Positions 22,417 to 32,173 of a DNA stretch of 64,000 nucleotides are shown piece after piece. The notes beneath the pieces were generated by a model. That model saw only the letters and a program-made list of their open reading frames with translations. It was not told the DNA's origin and did not search any database. A program made the translations under genes and the position numbers. Each line of letters begins with the position of its first letter. The first letter of the stretch is position 1. This stretch comes from an uncultured delta proteobacterium (GTDB taxonomy: Bacteria > Myxococcota > Myxococcia > Myxococcales > Anaeromyxobacteraceae): NCBI GenBank assembly GCA_963845515.1, contig CAWJSR010000006.1, positions 32,001-96,000 on the forward strand, given 5' to 3'.

Positions 22417-23793
22417 ATGGATGAGCTAGAGCGGATCCAGATCGAGCGCGAGGCGGACCGGCTGATCGATGCGCTCGACGCGGAGCGGTTCCGCCACGTC
22501 GCTGGGATGGAGTCGGCTCCCTCGTTGGCCCCCCTCTTCCTGGGTAGCCTGGGCAGGCCGGGCGTGGCCCATCGCGAGACGGTGACCCGCCTGCGGGAGG
22601 CCGGTCTCCATCCGCTGGCGGACCGGGCGGCGGCGCTCCGTGCGGAGCGGGCGGCGGCCGAGGCGGAGGAGCGCTGGCGCGCGGCGGAGGCGGCCGCCGT
22701 GGGCGAGGGGCCGGATGGCCGCGTCGGCCTGCAGGACGCCGAGCGGGCGCTCGCGCAGGAGCGTGATCAGGAGCGGCGCGGCGCCTTCGCACGGGCCGCG
22801 GCGCAGGGGTGCGAGGCGTCGGCGCCGTCGCGCGAGGCGGCGGTCGAGGCGCGGGCGCGTGCCCGCGCCGAGGTCGGCCTGGCCCCCGACTGGCAGGCGG
22901 TGGTCGAGGCGGACGCCGCCCTCGCGGCGTCGGACGACGCGTGGAGCGACGTGCTCGCGTGGACCGCGCGCCGGGAGCTGGGGCTTCAGCCCGCGCCGCG
23001 CGGTAACCTGGCGCGCGCCGACCTCATCCGTCTCCTCGCGCTGCGGCGATGGTCCGACCTCTTCAGGGTCGGGATGGTCCCGATCGTCCTGCGCTGGCTC
23101 TCCGAGCAGCTGCGGCTCGACCTCGGTCCGGTCCGCGTCGACGCCGAGGCGCGGCCGGGCAAGTGGCCGGGCGTCCACGTCTTCGGGGCGCGGATCTCCT
23201 TCCTGCCGGTGAGCGGCGCCGCCGACTGGCAGGACCTCTTCGACGGGACGGGGAGGGCGCTGGCGGCGTCGCGCCAGCCAGCGCACCGGCGCGACGCGCC
23301 CTTCGGCCACGCGCTCGGCTGGCTCCTCTCGTCGGTCCTGCGCGAGCCGCGCTTCCTCGTGGAGCGCTGCGACGCCGACCGGCGCGACGTGCCCGACCTT
23401 CGCCGCGGGCTGGCGCTCCGAGCGCTGTTCGCGCTGCGCGCCAGGGCGGCGGCCTTCCGGATCGCCTCGGAGGTCGAGCGCGGCATGAGCGGCCACGCGT
23501 GGAGAGAGGGCTATCGCGAGGCGATGACCGCCGCGCTCGGCGCGACGTGGGACGGGGTCCGTGCGGCTCGCGACGCGGACGGCCCGGTGCACGCCGCGGC
23601 GCTCACCGGCGCGGGGGAGGGCGAGGCGCTCCGCAGATCGCTCGTCGAGCGGTTCGACGAGGACTGGTGGCGCAACCCGCGGACGGCGGAGCACCTGGCT
23701 GGCCTGATCGCGGCGGGGAAGACTTTGGCGGACGAGGCGACGACCCCTTCGCTCGCCGCGGGCGCCCTGGCGGGTGAGCTCGCGAGCGGCTAG
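22417..23793 (+). CDS. Peptidase-M3-like protein lacking HExxH
   Basis: RVDAEARPGK and L.ERFDEDWWRNPR motifs recalled from a myxobacterial M3-like family; no HExxH present. Confidence 0.55.
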   Translation: MDELERIQIEREADRLIDALDAERFRHVAGMESAPSLAPLFLGSLGRPGVAHRETVTRLREAGLHPLADRAAALRAERAAAEAEERWRAAEAAAVGEGPDGRVGLQDAERALAQERDQERRGAFARAAAQGCEASAPSREAAVEARARARAEVGLAPDWQAVVEADAALAASDDAWSDVLAWTARRELGLQPAPRGNLARADLIRLLALRRWSDLFRVGMVPIVLRWLSEQLRLDLGPVRVDAEARPGKWPGVHVFGARISFLPVSGAADWQDLFDGTGRALAASRQPAHRRDAPFGHALGWLLSSVLREPRFLVERCDADRRDVPDLRRGLALRALFALRARAAAFRIASEVERGMSGHAWREGYREAMTAALGATWDGVRAARDADGPVHAAALTGAGEGEALRRSLVERFDEDWWRNPRTAEHLAGLIAAGKTLADEATTPSLAAGALAGELASG

Positions 23794-23831
23794 GGAGCCC
23801 ATGCAGCGCGACGAGACAGCCGAAAGACGAA

Positions 23832-23862
23832 CGGCGCCGCGTCCAGGATGGACGCGGCGCCG
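23832..23862. terminator. Hairpin terminator between convergent genes
   Basis: Perfect 14-bp stem CGGCGCCGCGTCCA/TGGACGCGGCGCCG; T-rich tail on the minus strand. Confidence 0.7.
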
Positions 23863-23884
23863 CTCCTAGAGGAGGGACAGGCCC

Positions 23885-24232
23885 CTAGTTGAGCTTTCGC
23901 AGCGCGCGGACGATCTTCTCCTTGGTCCGCGAGTGGGCCGGCTTCGCGTCCGGCGCGGCCCGCGTCGCAGTCCGCGGCGCGGCGCGGCTGGCGAGGTGGG
24001 CCTTCCACTTCATGAAGGCTTCGATCTCCATGGCGCGGAGCTCTATCTCCAGCTCCGCGTCCGCCTCGACGGTCCGCTCCAGCCGGGCGGCGCGCGGCGG
24101 TGCCGCGCCGAGCCGCATCCGGATCACCTTCTCCTCTTCGGAGGAGAGCTCTGGGGCAGCGGTCTTGCGGAGCACGGCCTGAGCCGCGCCCTCGGTGACC
24201 TGCGTCGTTGTGGACCTTCTCTTCTCCGCCAT
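23885..24232 (-). CDS. Small basic hypothetical protein with a sigma70 region-4.1-like motif
   Basis: GAGG RBS; LSSEEEKVIRMRLG. Confidence 0.7.
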   Translation of the reverse strand: MAEKRRSTTTQVTEGAAQAVLRKTAAPELSSEEEKVIRMRLGAAPPRAARLERTVEADAELEIELRAMEIEAFMKWKAHLASRAAPRTATRAAPDAKPAHSRTKEKIVRALRKLN

Positions 24233-24445
24233 CGAGACCTCGTCGGATTTGCGGTGCGGCCCGAGCCGCTTTGCGTCTCTCATCGTAGGGCCCGTCCGCC
24301 CGGTGTCCATTTTTCTATGTAGATCCGACACTCGCCCCGGATTGGCGGCGCAAGCGGCCGAAATCACATTACAAACATAGGTGTGTGGGCGTCGCACCGG
24401 AATCGCGCGGCGAGGCTCCTACCGGAAACCCCTGCGAGGTGAACG

Positions 24446-24892
24446 ATGGCGGACTGGCGAGAAAACCTCATCACGGACGACGCGAGGATCGGCGAGCTGG
24501 TGCGGTCGGCGAAGCGCGTGGCGGTCATCGGGATCAAGACGGCTGACAAGCCGGAGCAACCGGCCTACGAGGTCCCCGAGTACCTCTCGAAGCACGGCGT
24601 CCAGATCGTCCCGGTCCCCGTCTACTACCCGGACGCCACCGAGATCCTCGGCGAGAAGGTCTACCGGAAGGTGGCCGACGTCCCGGGTCCCATCGACGTG
24701 GTCGACGTCTTCCGCCGGCCGATCGACATCCCCGCCCACGTGGACGACATCCTCGCGAAGAAGCCGCGGGCGGTCTGGTTCCAGCTCGGGATCCGGAACG
24801 ACGCCGCTGCGGAGACCCTGGCGAAGGCGGGCATCCTGGTCGTCCAGGACCGGTGCATGCTGGTCGAGCACAAGCGCCACGCCCGGAAGTGA
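24446..24892 (+). CDS. CoA-binding protein (YccU-like)
   Basis: VAVIG, IDVVDVFRR, VWFQLGI, VVQDRC. Confidence 0.92.
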   Translation: MADWRENLITDDARIGELVRSAKRVAVIGIKTADKPEQPAYEVPEYLSKHGVQIVPVPVYYPDATEILGEKVYRKVADVPGPIDVVDVFRRPIDIPAHVDDILAKKPRAVWFQLGIRNDAAAETLAKAGILVVQDRCMLVEHKRHARK

Positions 24893-24904
24893 CCCGGCGG
24901 TCGC

Positions 24905-24938
24905 CCCCTCTCCCCGACCTCTCGGTGGGGGAGAGGGG
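24905..24938. repeat. REP-like palindrome, possibly a bidirectional terminator
   Basis: CCCCTCTCCCC...GGGGAGAGGGG stem between convergent genes; same family as 4580. Confidence 0.6.
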
Positions 24939-24953
24939 ATGATCGAAAGGATC

Positions 24954-25574
24954 CTACCGGTACTCGGGGCGCGGCTCCGGGCGGTACACGCTCTCCTCCG
25001 AGTTGACCGGGTTGTTGGTCAGGTAGACCGACAGGCCGATCCCAAGCGAGAGGTCCGACCTGATCCGGTCGCCCGCGGCGGGGAAGTTGAGCCGCACCTG
25101 CTCGAAGGCGCCGAAGAAGTCGAGCGAGACGTTCCGGTTGAGGAAGAGCCTGGCGCCGCCGGCGACCTCGTAGCCGAAGCCATCCGCGGTGTCGATCACG
25201 CCGGCCACCTTGGTCTCGCCCCGGGCGATCCCCACGGTCAGGTCGGCGAAGACCGAGAAGTGCTTCATCAGCTCCCAGTCGAGCCCCGCCTTCGGGCCGA
25301 AGAGGAACTCGCTGTCGTAGTCCTGACCCTGCTTGACGTGGTCGTAGCCGACGTCGAGGCCGAACGCGAGGAAGTGGCTCACGAAGTACATCGCGCTCAG
25401 GCCGGTGTCGAACTGCGTCGTCTTGGTCTCGACGCCGTTGTCGTCCGTGGTCGTCGTTCCCCAGTTGAGCCCAGACGTCCCGGAGAGCTGGAGCGCGCCG
25501 GGGTTGATGTCGCTGGCCGAGGCGAGCACGGGGAGCGCGAGCGCGAGCGCGAGTGCCGCAAGCTTCTTGGTCAT
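24954..25574 (-). CDS. Outer-membrane beta-barrel protein
   Basis: Signal peptide, amphipathic beta-strand pattern, LGIGLSVYL final strand. Confidence 0.75.
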   Translation of the reverse strand: MTKKLAALALALALPVLASASDINPGALQLSGTSGLNWGTTTTDDNGVETKTTQFDTGLSAMYFVSHFLAFGLDVGYDHVKQGQDYDSEFLFGPKAGLDWELMKHFSVFADLTVGIARGETKVAGVIDTADGFGYEVAGGARLFLNRNVSLDFFGAFEQVRLNFPAAGDRIRSDLSLGIGLSVYLTNNPVNSEESVYRPEPRPEYR

Positions 25575-25696
25575 TGGGATCCCTCCGGGAATGCCGCGGA
25601 ACCGGTCACGCGGACCTCTCGCGGGCGCACGATTGCGCGCGGACAGTCTGCCACGGCCGGGTGAGGCGGCAAGCCCGGAGAGCGCGGGACGCGCCC

Positions 25697-26116
25697 TCAG
25701 CGCCCGAAGATGTAGGTGTTGAGCTGGCTGATGAGGAACTGCTTCTCGTCGAGCATGAGCTGGATGACGTCCCGCATCGAGACGACGCCGATCACCTTGC
25801 CCTCGTCCTCGACCAGCAGGTGGCGGGTGAAGTTGTCGCGCATCAGGTCCGCGGCCTCACCCTCGGTGGCGTCCGCGGAGACCCTCGGGATCCCGTCGCG
25901 CATCGACCTTCGGATCGGGGCGGAGCCGTCCCCACCGCTCGCGACGACCGAGGCGACGAGGTCGCGCTCGGTGACGAGCCCGGTGATCTTGCCGCCCTCC
26001 TTCACGGCGATGGATCCGATCTTCTTCTCGGACATGATCCGCGCCGCCTCGCGGCTCGGAGTGCTCCCGTCGAGCGCCACCACCTCCATCGACACGTGCT
26101 TCCGAATGCTCGCCAT
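25697..26116 (-). CDS. CBS-pair domain protein
   Basis: GLVTERDL, RHLLV..GVVSMRDV. Confidence 0.9.
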   Translation of the reverse strand: MASIRKHVSMEVVALDGSTPSREAARIMSEKKIGSIAVKEGGKITGLVTERDLVASVVASGGDGSAPIRRSMRDGIPRVSADATEGEAADLMRDNFTRHLLVEDEGKVIGVVSMRDVIQLMLDEKQFLISQLNTYIFGR

Positions 26117-26325
26117 CGCCGGCTCCTCGGTGTGGACAACGATCACTCACTTAACGTGCGTACGGGGGGACGACCCGTTCCACTCCGGGCCACTCCAAAG
26201 GGCCCAGGGGCGCCGTGACCGGTCAGGTCCGCGACCGAGGTCCCCGATGGGTCGGCACGGCCGCTGGGCTCGATAGAGCTGTGCGCGAACGCTTACCGTG
26301 AACCATCGAGGTAGTGGAGGACCGA

Positions 26326-26787
26326 ATGCGGATCCGATCGGCGCGCGACCTGCTCGCGGGGAGTTGCCTCGTCGCGCTGTCCGCCTTCGCGCTCTGGTCG
26401 AGCCGCCACCTCGACCAGGGGACCCTGCGCGCGATGGGGCCGGGGATGCTGCCGCGGTACGTGGCCGCGGGGATCGGCCTCGCCGGGCTGGTCATCGCCG
26501 CCCTCGCGCTGCTGAAGGACGGCCCTGCGCTCGACCGCTGGCCGCTCCGCGGGCCGATCGTCATAACGCTGGCGGTGGTCGCCTTCGCGCTCACCATCCG
26601 GACGGTCGGCCTCGCGCTGGCAGGGCCGCTGGTCGTGATCATCGGCGGCTCGGCGTCGCCCGAGACCCGGCCTCGGGAGCTGCTGATCTTCGGCGTCGTG
26701 ATGACGGCGCTCTGCGTGGGGCTGTTCCGCTACGTGCTCTCGCTCCCCATCCCCGTGCTGATCATCCCCGGGGTCATCACGCTGTAG
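26326..26787 (+). CDS. tctB: Tripartite tricarboxylate transporter TctB
   Basis: MGPGMLP, four TM segments, LF..VLSLPIP. Confidence 0.88.
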   Translation: MRIRSARDLLAGSCLVALSAFALWSSRHLDQGTLRAMGPGMLPRYVAAGIGLAGLVIAALALLKDGPALDRWPLRGPIVITLAVVAFALTIRTVGLALAGPLVVIIGGSASPETRPRELLIFGVVMTALCVGLFRYVLSLPIPVLIIPGVITL

Positions 26788-26795
26788 GAGACGAG

Positions 26796-28298
26796 ATGGA
26801 AGGCCTGCTGCAGCACCTCGCGCTCGGCTTCTCGGTGGCCTTCACGGCGCAGAACCTGGGGCTCGCCTTCATCGGCTGCCTCATCGGCACGCTCGTGGGC
26901 GTCCTCCCCGGCGTCGGCCCCATCGCGACCATCACGATGCTCCTCCCGGTCACCTTCGGGCTGGAGCCGACCGGCGCCATCATCATGCTCGCCGGCATCT
27001 ACTATGGGGCCCAGTACGGCGGCTCGACCACGGCCATCCTGGTGAACATCCCCGGCGAGGTGACCTCGGTGGTGACGACGCTCGACGGCCACGCCATGGC
27101 GAAGCAGGGACGCGGCGGCGTGGCGCTCGGGGTCGCGGCGATCGGCTCCTTCTTCGCCGGCTCGGTGGGCACGCTCGTGGTGGCCGCGCTGGCGGTCCCG
27201 CTCACGAAGCTCGCGCTCCTCTTCGGCGCGGCCGAGTACACGGCGCTCATGACGGCGGGGCTGGCCTTCGCCGTGGTGCTCGCGCGCGGCTCCATCCTGA
27301 AGGCCTTCGCGATGATCGCGATCGGCGTGCTCCTCTCCACCGTCGGCACCGACCTGGACACCGGCGTGGACAGGATGACCTTCGGCTTCCCGCCGCTCGC
27401 CGACGGGCTCGACTTCGCCGTGCTGGCGATGGGCATCTTCGGGATCGCCGAGGTGCTGCGGAACCTCGAGGCGGCGGAGAGGCGCGACGTGGTGCACGCC
27501 CCGATCGGCCGGATCTTCCCGTCCCGCGCCGACCTGGCGCGCGCCGTCGCCCCGATCCTCAGGGGCAGCGCCCTCGGGGCGCTCCTCGGCATCCTCCCCG
27601 GCAACGGCGCGGTGCTGGGCCCCTTCGCCTCGTACACGGTGGAGAAGCGGCTGTCCCGCCAGCCACACCTCTTCGGCACGGGGATGATCGAGGGGGTGGC
27701 GGGGCCGGAGGCTGCCAACAACGCCGGCGCCCAGACCTCCTTCGTCCCGCTCCTGGCGCTCGGGATCCCGCCGAACGCGGTGATGGCGCTGATGGTCGGG
27801 GCCATGACCATCCACGGGGTGGTCCCGGGGCCGCTGGTGATGACGCGGAACCCGGGGCTGTTCTGGGGCGTCATCGCGAGCATGTGGATCGGGAACCTGA
27901 TGCTCCTCGTGATCAACCTGCCGCTCGTGGGGCTGTGGGTCCGGTTCCTCGCGGTCCCGTACCGGCTCATGTTCCCGGCGATCCTGCTCTTCTGCTGCAT
28001 CGGGATCTACTCGGTGAACAACTCGCCCGGCGACGTGATGATGACGGCGGGGCTGGGGCTGCTCGGGTGGGCCGCCTCGAAGCTCGAGTTCGAGGGCGCC
28101 CCGCTCCTGCTCGGCTTCGTGCTGGGGCGCCTGCTCGAGGAGAACCTGCGGCGCGCCCTCGTCCTGTCGCGCGGCGATCCCGCCGCCTTCATCGAGCGCC
28201 CCATCAGCGCGGGGCTGCTCGCCGTGGCCTTCGTCGTCCTCGCCGTCGCGGTGATCCCCGCAGTCCGTCGCGGCCGCGAGGAGGTCTTCACCAGCTGA
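26796..28298 (+). CDS. tctA: Tripartite tricarboxylate transporter permease TctA
   Basis: GVLPGVG, YYGAQYGGSTTAILVNIPGE, PEAANNA, LGIP. Confidence 0.95.
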   Translation: MEGLLQHLALGFSVAFTAQNLGLAFIGCLIGTLVGVLPGVGPIATITMLLPVTFGLEPTGAIIMLAGIYYGAQYGGSTTAILVNIPGEVTSVVTTLDGHAMAKQGRGGVALGVAAIGSFFAGSVGTLVVAALAVPLTKLALLFGAAEYTALMTAGLAFAVVLARGSILKAFAMIAIGVLLSTVGTDLDTGVDRMTFGFPPLADGLDFAVLAMGIFGIAEVLRNLEAAERRDVVHAPIGRIFPSRADLARAVAPILRGSALGALLGILPGNGAVLGPFASYTVEKRLSRQPHLFGTGMIEGVAGPEAANNAGAQTSFVPLLALGIPPNAVMALMVGAMTIHGVVPGPLVMTRNPGLFWGVIASMWIGNLMLLVINLPLVGLWVRFLAVPYRLMFPAILLFCCIGIYSVNNSPGDVMMTAGLGLLGWAASKLEFEGAPLLLGFVLGRLLEENLRRALVLSRGDPAAFIERPISAGLLAVAFVVLAVAVIPAVRRGREEVFTS

Positions 28299-28326
28299 AC
28301 CAGTGGAAGTCGGAAAGGAGAATCAC

Positions 28327-29298
28327 ATGAAGAGCCTGCTCACCCTCCTCAGCATCCTCGCCGCAGCAGTCCCCGCAGCGCCCGCCGAGGCGGCCTGGCC
28401 GGAGCGTCCGATCACCATGATCGTGCCCTTCGCGGCCGGCGGCCCCACCGACGTCGTCGCCCGGATCGTCGCCGACAACATGTCCCGCACGCTCGGCCAG
28501 CAGGTCATCATCGAGAACGTGGCGGGCGCCGGCGGAACGACCGGCATCACGCGGGCCGCCCAGGCGGCCCCCGACGGCTACACCATCTGCATGGGCCACA
28601 TGGGGACGCACGGGGCCGCGCCCGCCGTCTACCCCGATCTCAAGTACGACCCGGTGAAGGACTTCGCGCCGATAGGGCTCGCCGCAGGGACACCGATCCT
28701 CGTCGTGGCGAGGAAGGACTTCCCGGCGAAGGACCTCAAGGAGTTCGTCGCGGCGATCAAGGCGGGGGGCGACAAGCTGAACGAGGCGCACGCCGGGGTG
28801 GGCTCCGTCTCCTTCACCACCTGCAGCCTCTTCAACGCGCTCGCCGGTGCGGCGCCCACCCGCGTCGTCTACCGGGGCACCGGCCCCGCGCTGAACGACC
28901 TCGTCGGCGGCCAGGTCGACTACATGTGCGACCAGATCGTGAACCTCGTGCCACAGATCCAGGCGGGCACGATCAGGGCCTACGCGGTCGCGCTCCCGGA
29001 GCGGTCGCCGGCGCTCCCCGACGTCCCGACCACGAAGGAGGGCGGCATGCCGGAGTTCCAGGTCAGCGCCTGGAACGCCGTCTTCGCGCCGAAGGGGACC
29101 CCCCCCGCGATCGTCAAGAAGCTCTCCGACGCGCTCCGGAAGGCGCTCGCCGACGCCGGGACGCGGAAGCGGCTCCTCGACCTGGGCGGCGACCTGACCA
29201 ACGAGGCGGCGATGACCCCCGACGGCCTGCGCAAGCACGTCGAGGCGGAGGTCGCTCGCTGGAAGAAGGTGCTGAAGGCGACGCCGCAGGCCAGGTGA
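28327..29298 (+). CDS. tctC: TctC/Bug substrate-binding protein
   Basis: WPERPITMIVPFAAGGPTD, ENVAGAGG, PDGYT, LPDVPT. Confidence 0.95.
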   Translation: MKSLLTLLSILAAAVPAAPAEAAWPERPITMIVPFAAGGPTDVVARIVADNMSRTLGQQVIIENVAGAGGTTGITRAAQAAPDGYTICMGHMGTHGAAPAVYPDLKYDPVKDFAPIGLAAGTPILVVARKDFPAKDLKEFVAAIKAGGDKLNEAHAGVGSVSFTTCSLFNALAGAAPTRVVYRGTGPALNDLVGGQVDYMCDQIVNLVPQIQAGTIRAYAVALPERSPALPDVPTTKEGGMPEFQVSAWNAVFAPKGTPPAIVKKLSDALRKALADAGTRKRLLDLGGDLTNEAAMTPDGLRKHVEAEVARWKKVLKATPQAR

Positions 29299-29299
29299 T

Positions 29300-30184
29300 C
29301 TATCCGACCCTGGCGAACAGCCGCCGCAGCTCCCGCACCAGCTCCCGCGGCCGCTCCTCGGGGATGAAGTGACCGCCCGGGAGCGCGCGGCCGGAGACGT
29401 CGCGTGCCACGGCCCTCCAGTCGGCGAGGCAGTCGAACTGCGCCTGGACGATCCCTTCGCGGCTCCAGAGCGCGAGCAGCGGCACCCCGAGCCTGCGGCG
29501 CCGGTCGGCCCGATCGTGGACGAGGTCGATGCTCGCTGCGGCGCGGTAGTCCTCGCAGAGCGCGTGGACGGCGCGGGGATTCGAGAGGGCCCGGACGTAC
29601 TCCCTCCGGATGGCTCCCGGGAACGGGGCGAGCCCCGCGCGCCCGCGCCCGAGCCGCGCGAGCACCCACTCGCGCGCCCGTCCCGCGAGGAGCCGCTCCG
29701 GGAGGGGGGCAGGCTGGATGAGGAAGAACCAGTGGAAGTACGCGCGGGCGAACGCCTGCGTGGTCCCCTCGTACATCCTGAGCGTGGGCGAGACGTCCAG
29801 CACCGTCGCCAATCGCACCCGATCGGCGTGGTCGAGCGCGAGGCGGTGCGCGACGCGCGCGCCGCGGTCGTGACCGACGACGTGGAAGCGCGCGTGGCCC
29901 AGCCGCTCCATCACCTCGGCCATGTCCTGCGCCATCGCCCGCTTCGAGTACGTGGAGTGGTCGGGCTGGCCACGAGGTGCCGACGAGCCCCCCTGGCCGC
30001 GCAGGTCGGCGCACACGACCGCGTGGTCGCGCGCGAGCTCCGGCGCGACCCGATGCCAGCAGGCGAGCGTCTCGGGATGGCCGTGGAGGAGGAGGACGGC
30101 GGGACCGTCGCCGCGCGTGACGCACTGGATCGTCGCCCCGAACGTCCGGATGCGGCGACGCGCGAAGCCGGGGAAGAGCGCCAT
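29300..30184 (-). CDS. Haloacetate/fluoroacetate dehalogenase-type alpha/beta hydrolase
   Basis: YSKRAMAQD, GHDRGARV, YFHWFF, CEDYRA, GHFIPEE. Confidence 0.88.
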   Translation of the reverse strand: MALFPGFARRRIRTFGATIQCVTRGDGPAVLLLHGHPETLACWHRVAPELARDHAVVCADLRGQGGSSAPRGQPDHSTYSKRAMAQDMAEVMERLGHARFHVVGHDRGARVAHRLALDHADRVRLATVLDVSPTLRMYEGTTQAFARAYFHWFFLIQPAPLPERLLAGRAREWVLARLGRGRAGLAPFPGAIRREYVRALSNPRAVHALCEDYRAAASIDLVHDRADRRRRLGVPLLALWSREGIVQAQFDCLADWRAVARDVSGRALPGGHFIPEERPRELVRELRRLFARVG

Positions 30185-30200
30185 CGCGCCCGATTCTGCC

Positions 30201-31520
30201 CTATCCCGCGCCCAGCCGGATCACCCGGGCGCGCGCCGTGACGAGATCGCCGAGCGCCCCGATCACGGCTGCGTCGGCTCGCTGGAGGTCGGCCTCCGCG
30301 GCGAGGACGTCGACCGACGTCGCGCGGCCGCTGCGGAAGAGCGCGGTCGCCGTGTCGCGGGCCTCGGTCGCGGCGATGGCACCCTGGCGGGCGGCCTCGA
30401 GCCCTGCGGCCGCCGTCCGCCAGGCGGCGAGGGCCTCCTGCACGTCGCCCTCGAGCTGGAGCTGAAGTCCACGTCGGGCGGCCTCCAGCTCCGCCAGCCG
30501 CGCGTCGGCCCGCGCCGTCGCCGCCCTGCCTGCGCCCCCTTCGAAGAGGGTCCAGTCCAGGGTGACGCCGGCCGTCCACTCGTCCGCGCCGCCTCCGACG
30601 TCGCGCTCCCGCCAGCCGTAAGTCCCCACGGCGGCTAGCTCGGGGAGCCAGGTTCCTCGTGCAGCCGAGCGGCTGGCGCGCGCGGCTGAGACGAGGGCAT
30701 CGAGCCTGGCCAGGTCGGGGCTCGCCCGCTGCGCGCGGACCAGGAGCTCGCCGTCGGCGGACGGGGGGGCGACCGGCTCGGGCCAGCGACCGTCGGTGCG
30801 GAGCGCGGCACCCTCGCCGCGCCCGATCACCTGTCCCAGCCGCGCCCCGGCGACGGGGACCGCCTCGCGCGCGGCCAACGCCGCCCGCTCCGCCTCGAGC
30901 CGGCCCGACCTGGCGCGCAGCGGATCGAGGCTGGAGCCCCGTCCCGCCGTCGCGAAGGCGGCCGACGTCTCCTCGAAGGCGCGAGCCCTCGCCAGCGCCG
31001 CCGACGTGACCCGCGCCAGCTCCTCGGCCTGCGCGAGCCTCACCCAGCCGATCGTCGCAACCAGGATCGAGTCGGCCTCGGCGCCTCCGGCAGCTGCCTC
31101 GGCGGCGTCCACGGCGCGGCCCGCGGCGACCCGTCCGGCGAAGGCGCGCCAATCGAAGAGGACCTGCCGCCCACGCAGCGTCGCGACCCGCTCCTCGGCG
31201 AAGAGGGGGACGGGCCCCGCCGCGCCCACGCGCTCCTCGTCCAGCCAGGTGAGGGAGCCGCTCGCCTGGACGCGCGGGAGCAGGGCGCCCGTGGCGGCCG
31301 AGCGGTCGGCCTCGGCCGCAACCAGCCGCTGACGCTCGGCGAGGAGCGCCGGCGCCGCGGCGCGCGCCGCGGCGACCGCAGCGTCGAGCCCGATCGTCGT
31401 CGAGCCTTCGTCCCCGCTCGCCGCCGTCGCCACGCCCAGCAGCAGCGCCGCCACGATCGCCATGCACCGATCGGGGCGCGGCAGGCTCAAAGGCTCGGAA
31501 TGCCGGTTCAGCTCGCTCAT
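30201..31520 (-). CDS. TolC-family outer-membrane efflux protein
   Basis: Two OEP repeats (LLPRV..QVLFD; WLPEL..WTLFEGG; G.AT..DVL.AE); GAGGAG RBS. Confidence 0.88.
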   Translation of the reverse strand: MSELNRHSEPLSLPRPDRCMAIVAALLLGVATAASGDEGSTTIGLDAAVAAARAAAPALLAERQRLVAAEADRSAATGALLPRVQASGSLTWLDEERVGAAGPVPLFAEERVATLRGRQVLFDWRAFAGRVAAGRAVDAAEAAAGGAEADSILVATIGWVRLAQAEELARVTSAALARARAFEETSAAFATAGRGSSLDPLRARSGRLEAERAALAAREAVPVAGARLGQVIGRGEGAALRTDGRWPEPVAPPSADGELLVRAQRASPDLARLDALVSAARASRSAARGTWLPELAAVGTYGWRERDVGGGADEWTAGVTLDWTLFEGGAGRAATARADARLAELEAARRGLQLQLEGDVQEALAAWRTAAAGLEAARQGAIAATEARDTATALFRSGRATSVDVLAAEADLQRADAAVIGALGDLVTARARVIRLGAG

Positions 31521-31562
31521 CGTGTCGTCTCCTCGCAGGCGCGCCATCGGACTCGGGTCTGC

Positions 31563-31595
31563 GGTGGAAACCGGCGTCCCGGCGAAAACTTGCGC
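31563..31595 (-). promoter_or_regulatory. Putative ECF promoter for the tolC gene
   Basis: GCGCAAGTTT..CGGTT; 24/33 identical to the box at 32173-32205. Confidence 0.6.
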
Positions 31596-31606
31596 GCTGG
31601 GGCCGC

Positions 31607-32173
31607 GTGACCGGCGAACACGATCCGGGCGACGAGGCCCGGCTGGCCGCACGGGCTGCAGCAGGCGACCGGGCGGCGCTCCGCGACCTCTACCTCCTCC
31701 ATCGCGACGCCGCTCAGCGCCTCGCCTCGCGCTATCTCGGCGACGAGGCGGAGGCCCGGGACGTGGTCCAGGACGTCTTCGTCACGCTCCTCACGCAGCC
31801 GGCGGCCTTCGCCCCGACGGCGCGGTTCTCGACGTGGCTCTGGCGCGTGGTGGTCAACCGGTGCCTCAACCGCAAGGCGAAGGTCGCCTGGCGGCACGGC
31901 GGCCGCGAGGCGGGCGAGGCGGGGCTCGAAGCCCTGCAGGAGGATCCGGACCGCGTCCCGGAGGCGGCGCTCCTGCGCGAGGAGGAGGCGGCGCGGGTGC
32001 GGGCGGCCGTCGACGCGCTGCCGGAGCGGCAGCGGATGGCGGTCCTGCTCTCCCGGTTCGAAGGGCTCTCCTACGAGGAGATCGCAGCCGCCCTGGAGAC
32101 CTCGGTTTCCTCAGTGGAATCGCTGCTGTTCCGCGCCCGGCGGGCGCTCACCGCGGCCCTCGCGGAGCGGTAG
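31607..32173 (+). CDS. ECF sigma factor
   Basis: ARDVVQDVF, FSTWLWRV, LPERQR, GLSYEEIA, LFRAR. Confidence 0.93.
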   Translation: MTGEHDPGDEARLAARAAAGDRAALRDLYLLHRDAAQRLASRYLGDEAEARDVVQDVFVTLLTQPAAFAPTARFSTWLWRVVVNRCLNRKAKVAWRHGGREAGEAGLEALQEDPDRVPEAALLREEEAARVRAAVDALPERQRMAVLLSRFEGLSYEEIAAALETSVSSVESLLFRARRALTAALAER

